From: Oikopleura dioica
Taxonomy: Eukaryota; Animalia; Chordata
Reading direction: 5' to 3'
Length of the DNA: 64,000 bases
Assembly: GCA_907165135.1 (NCBI GenBank)
Contig: OU015566.1
Coordinates: forward strand, 5,332,001-5,396,000
Both the position numbers and the translations under genes were made by a program. How positions within the stretch are numbered: position 1 is the stretch's first letter; each line of letters starts with the position of its first letter. The notes under the pieces are model-generated. The model was not told where the DNA came from. It did not search any database and saw nothing but the letters and a program-made list of their open reading frames with translations. Of this stretch, positions 24,975-36,700 are shown piece by piece.

Positions 24975-27600
24975 TCAATTTATAGCTCTATCGGAGGAAG
25001 TATCATTTTTCGACGTGAAGGAGTCACCAGAATTGTTAGGGTTGTCTCTCGCCAAAAATCTCTTCGCAACAACGAGATTATAAATCGGTAGAAAAACGCA
25101 GGCAGCGCAGGCAATTCCAAGCGAAAATGAAACTGGGATAAAATCCATTTCGCCATCACTTCCCTTTCATGGTTTAATGAAGACTGAAAATACTCGTGTT
25201 TTCAGGCCGTTAAGGAGGTCGATATCAAGAAAAAAATTTTTAATTTTTTCGCTTCAAACTTTTTCTACGTATAGTTTCGAGGTCAAGGAGAAAACTTGTA
25301 AGCAAAAATTTTTTAATTAGACCACGTGATTTTTCACAAAATCGCCTCTTAAATCTCGAAAATTTGCCCTTTTTATAATAGATCGACCAATTTTTAGTAA
25401 TTAAATAATTAATTACTTAGTTTTCGTCAAAAAAACATTAACAGAAACCCCTGGGAACATTTATAGAATGATTTTAATACTGCTGAATACAAATTCAAAA
25501 TTTTATATTTTCGTTGAAAATCGCGAAAAACAGGAAATCGATTTTTTTCTAAAAAAATTTTTGAAATTTTAAATTCTGGCCTTCATAGGATCTAGACAAG
25601 GGTCTTATCTAACTTCTCAGAAGAAAATAAATTCCGCCCAATATAAGGGTTTCGAGAAAAGTCTGCCAAGAAAACGGTCATTTTTAGCGATTTCCGAATC
25701 TTCAACGCCATTTTTTACGATTTTTTTCTGGAGATTTGGAAATCGGCCTTCCATAGGCACGAGTTAAGGGCCTCAACTCTTTATTAAAACAAAAAAATCA
25801 TCGGTCATTATCTTAGGATTGGGAGAAAAGTCTGCCAGAAAATCCCGATTCTTGATATCTACCTCCTTAAACCAGTTCCTGGATGAGTGTGAATAAGGGC
25901 TCAATCGTGTATTGAGTCCCAGCAAGCATGAAAATGACGATTCCAAATAGCAGGCCAAAGTGCTCGGTTGGAAACTGCTGGAATAGATACATGCTTCTTG
26001 AGATGAAATAGATTGTCCTGAAGTTCCAAATTCAAGCAAGGAGAAACACAAAAAGGCTCACCTCAAAAAAGAGAACTCGATGACCAGAGCCGTGGCATTA
26101 CTTTCTGAGCCAAGAATGCACATTTGAAAGGAAAGAGCAGCGCACAGCGAGACAGTCAGAAGAGAGAACCAAATGAGGCCAAAGTATTCGGCTTTCAGTT
26201 TTTCCTTGCAAATCCATTTTTCCAGCGCTTTCAAGAACATGCCTTCAGATAAGGAATTATTTTGAAATGCCTTGAACATGGTTGATTACCGGGCAGTGGA
26301 CAGATAACCATGCTGGCAAAATACATGATCCCATAGATGTCCATGTTTTTCGAGACTAGCTCACTTGCTTCGTCTTCAGGCAGATCTTGAAATGTCCACT
26401 TGAGCCACGGGAGAATCCAGATTTGAAATGATGCAATTCGCACGGTACTGATGATCGAAAATATGTTGAAGAGTAGAAAATTGAGACTGAAGACGGACTT
26501 TTTGTACTCCTGCCACGTGACCGGCTTCGCTTCTTCAGTTTTAGTCTCGGCGACTTCGATCTTGGTGCTTTTGCAGAGGCCGCCAACAAACGAGTCTGAT
26601 AGTACAGTGTAGTTTTCTTCTTTTCGAACATCAAAGCGAGGACAGAAAAAGAAAAGCTTGACCCAGATGAGACTTACTCCCATTGTATAGTAAGCGAACA
26701 TTTGTGGTACTGTCACGCTGGGAAGATCTGCGTCGTAGATGAATTTGAAGGCAAGGAAAACGCCGGCTGAAAATGTAAAGAAAGTTTCTAGCGCGTTCTC
26801 CAACACCTGAAGCGTCGAAGAAACCATTAATCAGGCCGAGCGAGATTCCAGAGGCGTTGGGAAAAAGTGCGCATTGTTCACGGATATTAATGACGATGTA
26901 CATTGTCGCTGAGACACCCATCAGCTGCCATGCTCCCCAAAGCAAGTACGGATTCGTCTCTAAGATTCAACGCTAGTGCCAGCTTGGTCCAAGTCTCACC
27001 GTAAAGACACATGCAGACAAGTCCCCCAGTGGTGAAAAGAACGCAAATAAAGCGACAAACAAATATTCCGAATCGGTTTAAAATTGGGTCGAGCATCAGC
27101 ACAGTTAAACTTGTACTGAGAAGAAACCATGTGTAAATAGAGTTGAATTCTGCTTGAGATCTTTGAAGAAGATCAGTAATGATAGTCTCGAAAGAGAACT
27201 TACTCTGGACAAGGAACTCTTGTTAGTTCTTCTGGGCAGCTGACATGTAGAGCGTTATTGTCGCAGTTGGTAGTTTCGCAGGTGAAATTACATTTTGTGA
27301 TGTGCTCCGGCTCCATTGGGTCGTAACATAGTTCCATCCAAAAAACTCCTTCAAGCTCTCACTGCGGATCAAAAAATCGAAAGAGCTCCTTCAATTCTTA
27401 TCTCTATTTCTGACCCAACTCTAAGATGTACTGAACAAAGCCGAATCCATAAACAACGCCGGCATAGAAGAGCACTTCGCACATCGAAAGAAAAAAAGAT
27501 ATTCCATTTGAAATGAGAAAATCTCTCATTTTTGTGTCCAGCGTAAATTCGCTTTTGCCAACGTTTTATCCGCTACATTGGCTCCAGAACTTCCTTAAAA
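24975..27600 (-). CDS. SLC43: SLC43-family MFS transporter (LAT3/LAT4/SLC43A3-like); start uncertain
   Basis: CEVLFYAGVVYGFGFVQY...ELC, LDPILNRFG, LINGFFDASGG-type motif, VFSLNFLLF, and QFPTEHFGLLFG match SLC43 hallmarks; about 12 hydrophobic segments across exons. Confidence 0.82.
25214..25866. mobile_element. 653-bp non-autonomous element with TTAA TSD and GG...CC ends (Kolobok-type), intronic
   Basis: TTAA at 25210-25213 and 25867-25870; 17-bp TIR GGAGGT(C/A)GATATCAAGA. Confidence 0.8.
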
Positions 27601-28086
27601 GATTGATGTGAATAGAAATGGGTCACTTTATTTTGTTGATTTTTGTCAAATTTTCTCATTTTATCAAATAATTTTCTTGCAATTCAGTCAATTGTAAAAT
27701 TTCAAGGACACACTTCAAAAAGTCTTTATAGGCTATAATAAGCCGCTATAAGATTCTGAAAAATAGAAGTGTCATGGAAAGAAAATTTATTTACCTTGGC
27801 CGGGTAAGGTATGGCATTATTATAGATAATAAACCGCTTGTATTTTTTGAAGGAACGATGCGAAAGGTTTCAAAGGATATGATCTCAAAAGCAGTAATAC
27901 TTAGCTTTTAAAATTTTGCTGATGTCGGCCGAAATCTCCCAAATCGACCACACCTACTGTAAATATCAAATGATTACCGTAACTATGCAACGTCAATATT
28001 GCTTGTAGAGTATTCCTACAGCTATTTCTTTAGCGAGGAAATTTTTGAGAAACATATTTTGAACTCGACTCATTTATAACCTTACC

Positions 28087-28490
28087 ATGATTGAAACGAG
28101 ATGGAAAAATCACGAAAGAGATTGCTCTCTTATTTTGTTTGTTCTGTCCGGGATATTTTTTTATACTTGGATATCTCTTTTAAATTTCGATCTCAGCGAT
28201 GATAATCAGAAAATAAATAATGTAAGTTTTCTCTTGAAAACTGAAAATCGAAGCTAATCTATCTGAATTTTAAGAGAAACAATAGTTTTTTGAATGATTT
28301 AAAAGCTGTATTGATGCAAATCTTTGATTTTATATTATCTTTGTTGAAGGAAATAATTTTTACGAACTCTTCTACGAATTTTACTTCAACAACAATCGAT
28401 GAACGTCCTTTACATCATGAACTTTTCAACAAGACAACCACCGACTCTGATGATGAAACAACGTTTCCAAAAACTTTTAGTCTTCAATAA
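28087..28490 (+). CDS. Small putative single-pass membrane protein with Thr/Ser-rich region
   Basis: ATG 28087: MIETRWKNHERDCSLILFVLSGIFFYTWISLLNF...NN|GTAAGT; acceptor GAAG| then EIIFTNSSTNFTSTT...FSLQ*. No recognised family. Confidence 0.4.
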
Positions 28491-28714
28491 ACGAGTTCAT
28501 TTACTGTGTCTATAAGTGTCATTAAACGATTCAGAACTATAAAATTCACACTTAAATAAATTTTCCTCCTTTTCTGTGGGGTACACCGACGAAAATTTCA
28601 TTTACCGTCCAAATCCATGAAAACAAGCGCCTTATCATGATCAACAGACCTTGCGTTGTTGTATATAACTTGTAAAGATTACTAAAATGCACCTCATGGT
28701 GCAATAAAAACGCC

Positions 28715-28927
28715 TTAGTTTATAATACCTCCAGGTAAATAATGACAGGCTTGATCAGACTGAGTGCAGCAACGACTCCAAAGTGTCGTAAAGCAATCTA
28801 ATCTAAACTTCCTCATGCTACGAAGAGGGGTCATCCGACATTTTCGTCCACCGCATATCTGAGAGACAGACAAATATCTTTGACGAAGGTTTTCTGGTGA
28901 TGCATTTTTGGTGAAAATGTTTAACAA
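28715..28927 (-). CDS. Candidate exon encoding a six-cysteine cationic peptide
   Basis: ICGGRKCRMTPLRSMRKFRLDCFTTLWSRCCTQSDQACHYLPGGIIN*; no start or signal exon identified. Confidence 0.3.
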   Translation of the reverse strand: MLNIFTKNASPENLRQRYLSVSQICGGRKCRMTPLRSMRKFRLDCFTTLWSRCCTQSDQACHYLPGGIIN

Positions 28928-30340
28928 AATTTCAAGGAGAATAAAAGCGAAATCAGAGAAATGTTTCTACCACAAATTCTGGCTAGATTCACTCTTTTAA
29001 TTTAGGGCTAGGGTTAACCTCTTTCGGTGAGGTCTACGAAAAATAGAACTAAAAGAACCTCCCCAAATAAAACTTTTCCTGGCATTTTACTTTGAACAAA
29101 TAACTTTAAAAAAATAAAAATATTATTTTGCCTATAAATTTATTTATAATAATAATTATTTATATAAATTTATAAATCTATTTTGCTGATAATTGATGAG
29201 TGGCTTTAATGTGAGAATTAAAAACTAATCTTCCAATAAATATTAATGCATGCGCTCTCATTCTTATGGCCAATGTTAATGCTCTTTTTTCGCGCATTTG
29301 GCAGAATGGGAATCTGCCCATTCATCAGATGAAAATTAAAATGAGAGAGTACAAAACAGAATGAAAATAATCAGAACGAAACATGTTTAGCCGCTAGGAA
29401 CGGGACTCAAAGTACTGTAAATAGAAAAGAAAGAACAGTTGTAAATCTATGCTTTTTACGATTCGAGTCCTCGGTTTAAGTATTTAACGGATCCCCACCG
29501 CCGCCAGAAAGTCCGACAAAGGAAGGGGAGTTATGCGTCCTGACCTTTGCCTGAGCGAGCAGGTGCGCCTGTTCGGACAGCTCTGACGAACAAAAAAGTC
29601 AGAGTGATTTGAGCGATTTTCGAGTACTTTTTTTTCTTGAAAAACGTAAATAGAAAATGACTCTCGATATGTCCCTAAAGCGGACTTTTTCAAGAAGATT
29701 CTCCAATATTGGCAAAAGTAAGTGTACTCTTCCTTGATTTCAGTCGCTTTTTCTCTGGGATACTCTTAAATTTAACTTCATAAATGCTCTGCTCCATGGC
29801 TCGGCAATTTGTTCCTAAAACCTGAGACAGGGTCAAAATCCTGAGTCAGGATTCCTGAGTCAGGTTTTCGACACAAAATGTAAAGCCATCCTTAAGCCAA
29901 CCTTGAAAGTCTACTCTTTCTTTGCATGAAAATTTTCTTTATCAAAATTTCTTCAAATCATTTAATAAATCATCTGATTAAGAATTATGATCCCCATAAA
30001 ACCACGGTGGTCCTAAATCGAAAGCAGTCTTTCACCCAAATTAATTAAACTCCCTTTATTTTCTTCTACTTCCTATTCTGAGCATGCTTTTTACGGCCCG
30101 TAAAAGGAATAAAATTACAACCCAACTTTTTTCTATCTTTTTCTGATGTCTTAAGCTGCTCACGCTTCATGTGATGATAAAAAATCTCTTTACGATGTAT
30201 ACTTTCCCGTTTCAAAGAAACAAGTAGTAAGAAATTGAAGAAAGAGAACTCAGAATTTACCCAAAATCAGTTATTTTTTAATTAACCAGGGCAATTCGTT
30301 GAATATTGGTTTTTTTGTCCGGAGAAGCCCTTCTCCCGAC

Positions 30341-32611
30341 ATGGCGAGCATTAAGGTGCCACTTGGGCAACCGATTGTCTCCGCAAAAAGAAAATGGAGA
30401 TCCTACGACCTGCTTGACATGCCAGATAAAGAGAGGCCAATAGATCTGATGCGGAATAAGATTAAAAAGAGCTTCAGAAGGCTAAAAAGCTCGTCAAATT
30501 TGATCAAAAGCAGATATGGCAGTGAGGACCTCCTTGACCAGGGTGGAAAACATCCTGTCCTTGACGAAAAAGGATTCAATTTTAATGGTAAATTATAATT
30601 TTTTTGAATTCATAAACTTAAAAGCGTGGGTTGCTTTACTCGCGCATAGCTTTGTCAATAATTAATGAATTAAATCTTTTCCCACTTTTTTATCAAAATA
30701 ATCTTCGTACGGCGCTTGTGGCCCCCCTTCCCCTGGGAACCTAGCCTGGTCCTGGTGTCATCTCTTGTTCATTTTTGAGCCTAGCGTTGATATAAATAAC
30801 TAAAGTGCCATGCCTCTGCATCTATCATTCTTTCCGTCTCTTCTCTCTCATTTTTTGTTCTACATTTTCCTCGGCGCAAAATGGGGCGAGAATTCCTCCA
30901 TTTCGCCGGGCACAAAATTAAAATATAAAAATTGGTCTTTTTGACTCCTGCAAAAGAGAGAGATCGGCTGAAAGAGGGCAGAGCTATTTCATGGGATGGA
31001 ACATCAAAAATATCACTAGAAAGGGGCGCGGACTTATAAGAGGTATTTCAATGCTGACTTTTATTATTTTTTGATTTTCTTGGCGAGTTTGATGGATTTA
31101 AAGCTGATGAGCTATAAACACCTAGCCTTATGAGACTTTTAATTTTATGAGCTAAGATAAATTTGATGCGGTTTTTGGCTCAAATCAAAAGCCGCTCAAG
31201 AACGTAGTATGATCTCAAAATTCGGCCACCTATAGCCGAATTATTCGTCAATATTTTCAAGAATTCTGAATGAAAAATTCGGCCAAATTGACCGAATTAT
31301 TGGGCGGATTCTACAAAGTATTTTGGTGAAAAATTCGGCCAGTGAAATTCTCCGTGGACAGTCATTTTTCTTTTTTGAGGGCTTTCGCAATCGCTATGAA
31401 TGCTTGTTATCAATTCTGATAATTTGAATTTTTAGGACAGTAACTGGGCTTTTCATTACCACAAGAATTCAGGTCGACCTCGTTCTAATAACAACTGGTC
31501 TGCACGGTAAGAGCAATTTGCAGCTCCCCAGGACTTTTTTGATAAGAAAATTAAGACCGTAGTATTTGCTAAAATAAAGGTTAGGGTTAGGGGGCACCTG
31601 CAAAAATGACAGAACAAATTACCCGAGGGGGATAGGCTAGGGTTAGTTAGGGTTACTGAAAGTAATCCTAAGTAACCCTAGACTAGACCCCGGCATCTTA
31701 GGACCGAAGGGGCGGAGCCCCGAGGTTAGGAACCATTAGATTAGATACTTATATACTGATAAAATGGAGACTCTTAATAAACGAGTGGCTTTATAGGGGC
31801 GCGGCCTTTAATCTTTGGGGCCGAATTTTTCATCCAAAAAATCTTTCAATTTTGGTCGAAAAATTCGGCCACTCTGGCCGAATTATTCATTCAAAATATG
31901 AGTATATGAAAATTCGGCATTTGGCCGAATTTTGAGATCATACTACCCTCAAGAATGGCGCATTTTTATATTAAAAAATACCTCTTTTTAGTGAGGGAAA
32001 GGGATCTCTTTTAGATGATTTTTACACGAAAAATAATCTTGCCGGAGTTAACCCCTTATCTGTTCAATAATTTTTAGTAGGTTTAACTGGTCAAGAAACA
32101 TTTCAAATTCGATCTAAAAGGGCCTTATCTTCTGGCATGCTCGAAAAGACAGACAGGTTCTGAACTTGTTTTGACAAGAAAATCAAGCACGATGGATTGA
32201 ATCAGGAGGGATTATTCCTTGAGCCAATAAGCATCGTTTATGAGTGATTAAGAGTTTCGATCTCCAACGAAATCCGCCTCATCCAAAGCTGACATTGACT
32301 CCGGTTTCGACGAGACACAATCGGCAGGGACCTTCACGCAAATTCAGATTCAGATCAAGGAGACAAATTTGCCAGGTACAAATTTACCGCAAATCGCGGC
32401 AGATTCTCGCCAAAATGACCATGCTGAAAAATAAATGGCCGGCCAGATCCGTCGGTTTCTGACATCCCCTCTTTCAGATGGCGTCAAGGTCACGTGGAAC
32501 GTCGCTGGCGTTTCTTCTGGTCTCCGAGAACTCGAGGAAACCGTCATTCTCGATGGAATATTCGATTCGAATTCGCTGGCAAAATGCACATTCATAAAAA
32601 ATGTGGAACAC
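30341..32611 (+). CDS. Candidate upstream exons (possible long N-terminal isoform of MCTP)
   Basis: Exon 30341-30587 (MASIKVP...FN|GTAAAT) and exon ~32253-32374 (FRSPTKSASSKADIDSGFDET...|GTAC) are phase-compatible and lie upstream of MCTP on the same strand; the connection is unproven. Confidence 0.4.
31203..31947. mobile_element. 745-bp hAT-type MITE
   Basis: 25-bp perfect TIR GTAGTATGATCTCAAAATTCGGCCA inside the first base; 8-bp TSD CTCAAGAA at 31195-31202 and 31948-31955; internal AAATTCGGCC repeats. Confidence 0.88.
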
Positions 32612-32726
32612 GTAAGTGACAAATTTTCGCCGCCAGCTTTAGGATAAATTATTCAGGATGAACAAGCTCATGTAAGTGTAGAAGCCTTTTTTCACAAGAC
32701 TCACAAATTTAATCTCCTAAAGTTAA

Positions 32727-33005
32727 CCCTACGCCGCCAAATGTGCCATATATGGCACAAGGGCTTTCCAAAGCCCATTTTTCTCTCCGTCATCATTTCG
32801 GGTTCTTCCATTTTTACTCATTTTCGGGCAATAGTCTGGGCTTGGGTTTGGGTTCATTTTTGAGCTCGGGTTCTGGTTCGAATTCGGATCTTGGTTAAGG
32901 TTCGGGTTCGGCCATTATATGGGGCCTAGGACGACGGAAAAGATGATGTGCCATATATGGCACATTTGGCGGCGGGGGGTGAAATTTTAGTTTGGCGGCG
33001 TAAGG
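32727..33005. mobile_element. 279-bp piggyBac-type MITE
   Basis: TTAA at 32723-32726 and 33006-33009; TIR CC(C/T)TACGCCGCCAAA; subterminal GTGCCATATATGGCAC palindromes at both ends. Confidence 0.88.
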
Positions 33006-33724
33006 TTAATTACTGGTGGCATTTCCCAATATTATTGAGGAAAGTCTAGTCAAACCACAATATGATATTGTCAATATTTATGGTTTTATGGATCCAAAAC
33101 TGTCAATAAAATTACTCAGATTTTGCTCAATTTTCGCTAAAAGAATTTTCTTGCAGTCGGAATGAAAACAATATTCAGCCAATCAAAGTCCTGTGTAGGC
33201 CCTGAAAGCCAATTAAAATGTGTTAATATTCAAAATTAACTTCTTATTTCCGTTATGATTCCGAATCATTGATTCGCTAAATATTTGTAAAATAAAAAAA
33301 GTTTAATAAAAACCAATTGACTTCGGGAGGTAACTTCAAATGCATCGTAGAAAATAACCTAATTTACCCCTCCCAAAACCTAACCCCCGAATCCATTTTC
33401 AGCCAACTATCGAGCACGAGCAATTACTTGGCGAATACCTCTCCGGCTCCTCAACTATCGAGTTGGAAGGTCATTTCTTCACGGTGGTCGTGAACCCGAC
33501 AAAGCAATCATTGGCGACCGCGCTGATTGTGGCTAATGCCGAGGCAATGGTGCTTTCCAGTCCAAGAACACGCTCAATAATGAATCGAGAAAAGACAGAA
33601 ACTCGCTTGTTTTGAATTTAAATTATCGAAAAGGAATATCCGATAATATATTCAATGAGCGGCGAATTCAATTATTAAAAGTATCAAAATCAACCCACTT
33701 TTTATCTCTCAAAGAAAGAAAGCA

Positions 33725-36700
33725 ATGTTGAGCGTTTTTAGCTCTCCATCTCCAGAGAGAGATGATTCTACGGTATCTCCGGTGAAATCGGCATCAGAAA
33801 TCCTTTCACAAACAGATTGCCCGGAGTACTTCCAGCTCGACATAATGCTTTCACGAGGAGAGAACTTAAAAGGTAAGCAACAGATTTACCGATGGGTTCA
33901 ACTTTTGATTTTTCTGAATAATTGAGAACAGGATGAATATATTTGGTTGCAGTGATAAAAATGAACTTTGAGAGAAGCAAACTAGGAGATCGAGGGTACA
34001 TAATTGTATATTTTGCATAAAAGTTTGGTTGAGTATACTTTCAGTTTTGGTTAGCATCGAAGATTTAAAGTCCGTTCTCTTGAACAGTCTGGCGGATCCA
34101 ATCTAGAGTCGCGTAGGTAGAAGTGTAGATCCCAGGAATATCTCGGAGACCGCACATGTAGCCTCTTGACACGACACCAATGAGATAGGGAATTGAGTCT
34201 CCGGCCTTCTGACAATTCAAGGGTCCGCCCGAATCGCCCTGGCAAGAGTCTTTGCCACCCCTGCCACCTGCGCAGATATCATCTTCTGCCAAATCTTCGT
34301 AAGTTTGACGGCACGTGGCATCACTTATAACCTTAATGTCTACTTCGCGCAACGCAGAACTCAATATACCCCCAACGGCTATGGTGCCCCAGCCGGCAAC
34401 AGTACATGTCCGATCTACGAACGAATGCTTATCGATGTTTGGAAGACAAGCAGCTCGTACTTTATTGTCCGGATCTCTCGCGATGATGTCTTCATCAAAC
34501 TTGATGAGACATACATCCAGATTTTTGCCGTCTACATAGCCAGGATGAAGAAACCAATCAGCAGCCCTGAGTTGGTACTCATTACTGTCCACAATGGAAC
34601 CTTTTCTATCACCGAAGGTTGCTTTGATTATGTTCCTTCCGTCACAGCAATGAGCCGCACTCAAGACCCATCTATTGGCAATGACGCTTCCTCCGCAGGC
34701 CCAAAGAGGATTCGTATCGAAATATAGTCGGGCAATCCAAGGAAAGCTGTCATCATCGACTTTGACCCCACCCAGAATTTTCTCGTTCGGGTCCTGATTC
34801 ACCGTAGAGACAGCATCCGGAAAGTTTTCAGCTTCGGAACACGTTGTTTTTGGCGGTGGTGGCGGTTTTGGAGGTTCCTGTGTCGGAGGTTCCTCGGTCA
34901 AGCAAGATCTCTTCCACCCTTTATCTCTCCAAATACCTTTGACACATTTCACCTTCCCTTTGACTTTCCCATCGTCGCATACAATCTGGAACTTTGCTCT
35001 TTTCTTGTTGATGATTTTGTCAAGAACGAGACTTCCACCTGGAATCTCGGTTTCCGCGGCGACTTCAACACAAATGTGTTCAGCGCTTTTCTCGTTCTTC
35101 CCATTTTGGTGTTTTTTAAAAGAAGCGGCAACTTGCGTTGCCAGAAAGAATCGTAGCAACTTCATTTTTTGTGCTCTCTCGAAAAACTATTTTTTTGAAG
35201 TGATGATAAAATGCTGTAGCTCGCGGTATAAATTATGCGGAGAGTTATTTTTGCTACAAGCAAAGACAAGGAAATAGACCCGAACTTATCCAATTAATTA
35301 ACATAATTGAACATAAACTTTCAACTTCAACTTTGTAAATGAGAGTTAATTGAACAAGAACGAGTTTGCATTTATTGAGTTAAATGTCAAACGTAATCAT
35401 ATATGAATAACGTGACATATTTTTGAAGCGATGGATTCTAATGGATTCTCCGATCCCTACACGACTTTTCTCATCGGCCCGGAGTCGCTGTGCAAAAGCG
35501 AGATCAAGAAGCGAACTCTCAATCCGCTGTGGAATCAATTCTTTCAAGTCCGAATCACAGCCGAGCAGGTGGAAAAGCTCAGAATCGAAGTTAAAGACCG
35601 GGACACGTTTTCGAGCGACGATCTGATAGGCTGCAATGCAATGGACTTGCGGTAAAAAAGAAAGAAATGGAAATTGGCTCATTATTTTCAGGCGATTAAA
35701 TATGGATGAAGAAAATACAATCAAAATGGGCCTAAGAGGAGGATACCAAGAGGATGAAGATGCGTCACTGGGGACGATCTATTTCACAATTAAGGTGACC
35801 TACTTCAAAATTTATGGTCTCTTGAAAGAATTGATTAGAAACTTTTCCTTCTAGCTTCGAAATTTCTGTGGTGATGCAGCATCATCAGGGTCCAAATCAA
35901 ACGGAAAGACGAAGAAAAAGAAGATAACAGTAGCAAACGCGATCATTCAAATTCGAGATGTTTTCGATGTAAAACAATTCAACAAAGAGCTTCCAAGCAT
36001 TCATCTCAAGGCGAAATTAGAAGGACAGAAATATGAAACAAAGACGAAGCGGAAATGCCTCAATCGTAAGTTGTAAAAATAGACTCAGGAAAGAATAGGT
36101 TTGTAGCTGTCTTCAACCGGGCTTGCTATTTCACGCTGATGCAGGAGCCGAATGTGATGCACAAGGATCATAGTCTGCAGATTGACATGTTTGATTCAAA
36201 AACCTTAACTGCTTCCGGGTAAAGAGCGCTAGAAATGACAGTCTTGTCGATTGATGAATCTATAGGACCATAAAACTGACATCATTGGCGCACGATACAC
36301 TCCACAATACCTCCCTCGATCTCCGAAACGAAGCCGGAAAGCTCCGTGGTCGAGTCAACCTTGCCATAACCATTTCTGGAGTAGACGCCGCAGCGACCCA
36401 CGAAATGGAGGAAAAGTTCAAACTAGCCTCGAGCGGGAAAATTTACAACTTGTCGAGAACGCTGAGCGATTTTACGGACATTGGAATTCTAAAGGTTGTT
36501 TTACATTCGGCGGCAAATCTAAAGGTGAGCCGGGCATAAACAGGGATAAGAACGGAAAAGGGCACATTACTAAAAGAAAAGTGTCGTTAAAATCAGAATA
36601 GACAAATTGTTTTAGGCTTTGGATGGCGCTTTCGGCTTTGGAACGTCCGATCCTTACTGCTACGTCGACCTTGGAAACCAACGCTTCCGTACTGCCACAA

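Noticed and set aside
29390-29480. Possible tRNA (CTGTAAAT and TTCGAGTCC motifs)
   Set aside because: No consistent acceptor stem or D-arm pairing could be drawn.
31575-31690. Telomere-like GGTTAG repeats / Helitron-like hairpin
   Set aside because: Only 2-3 imperfect units inside a MITE; Helitron termini could not be established.
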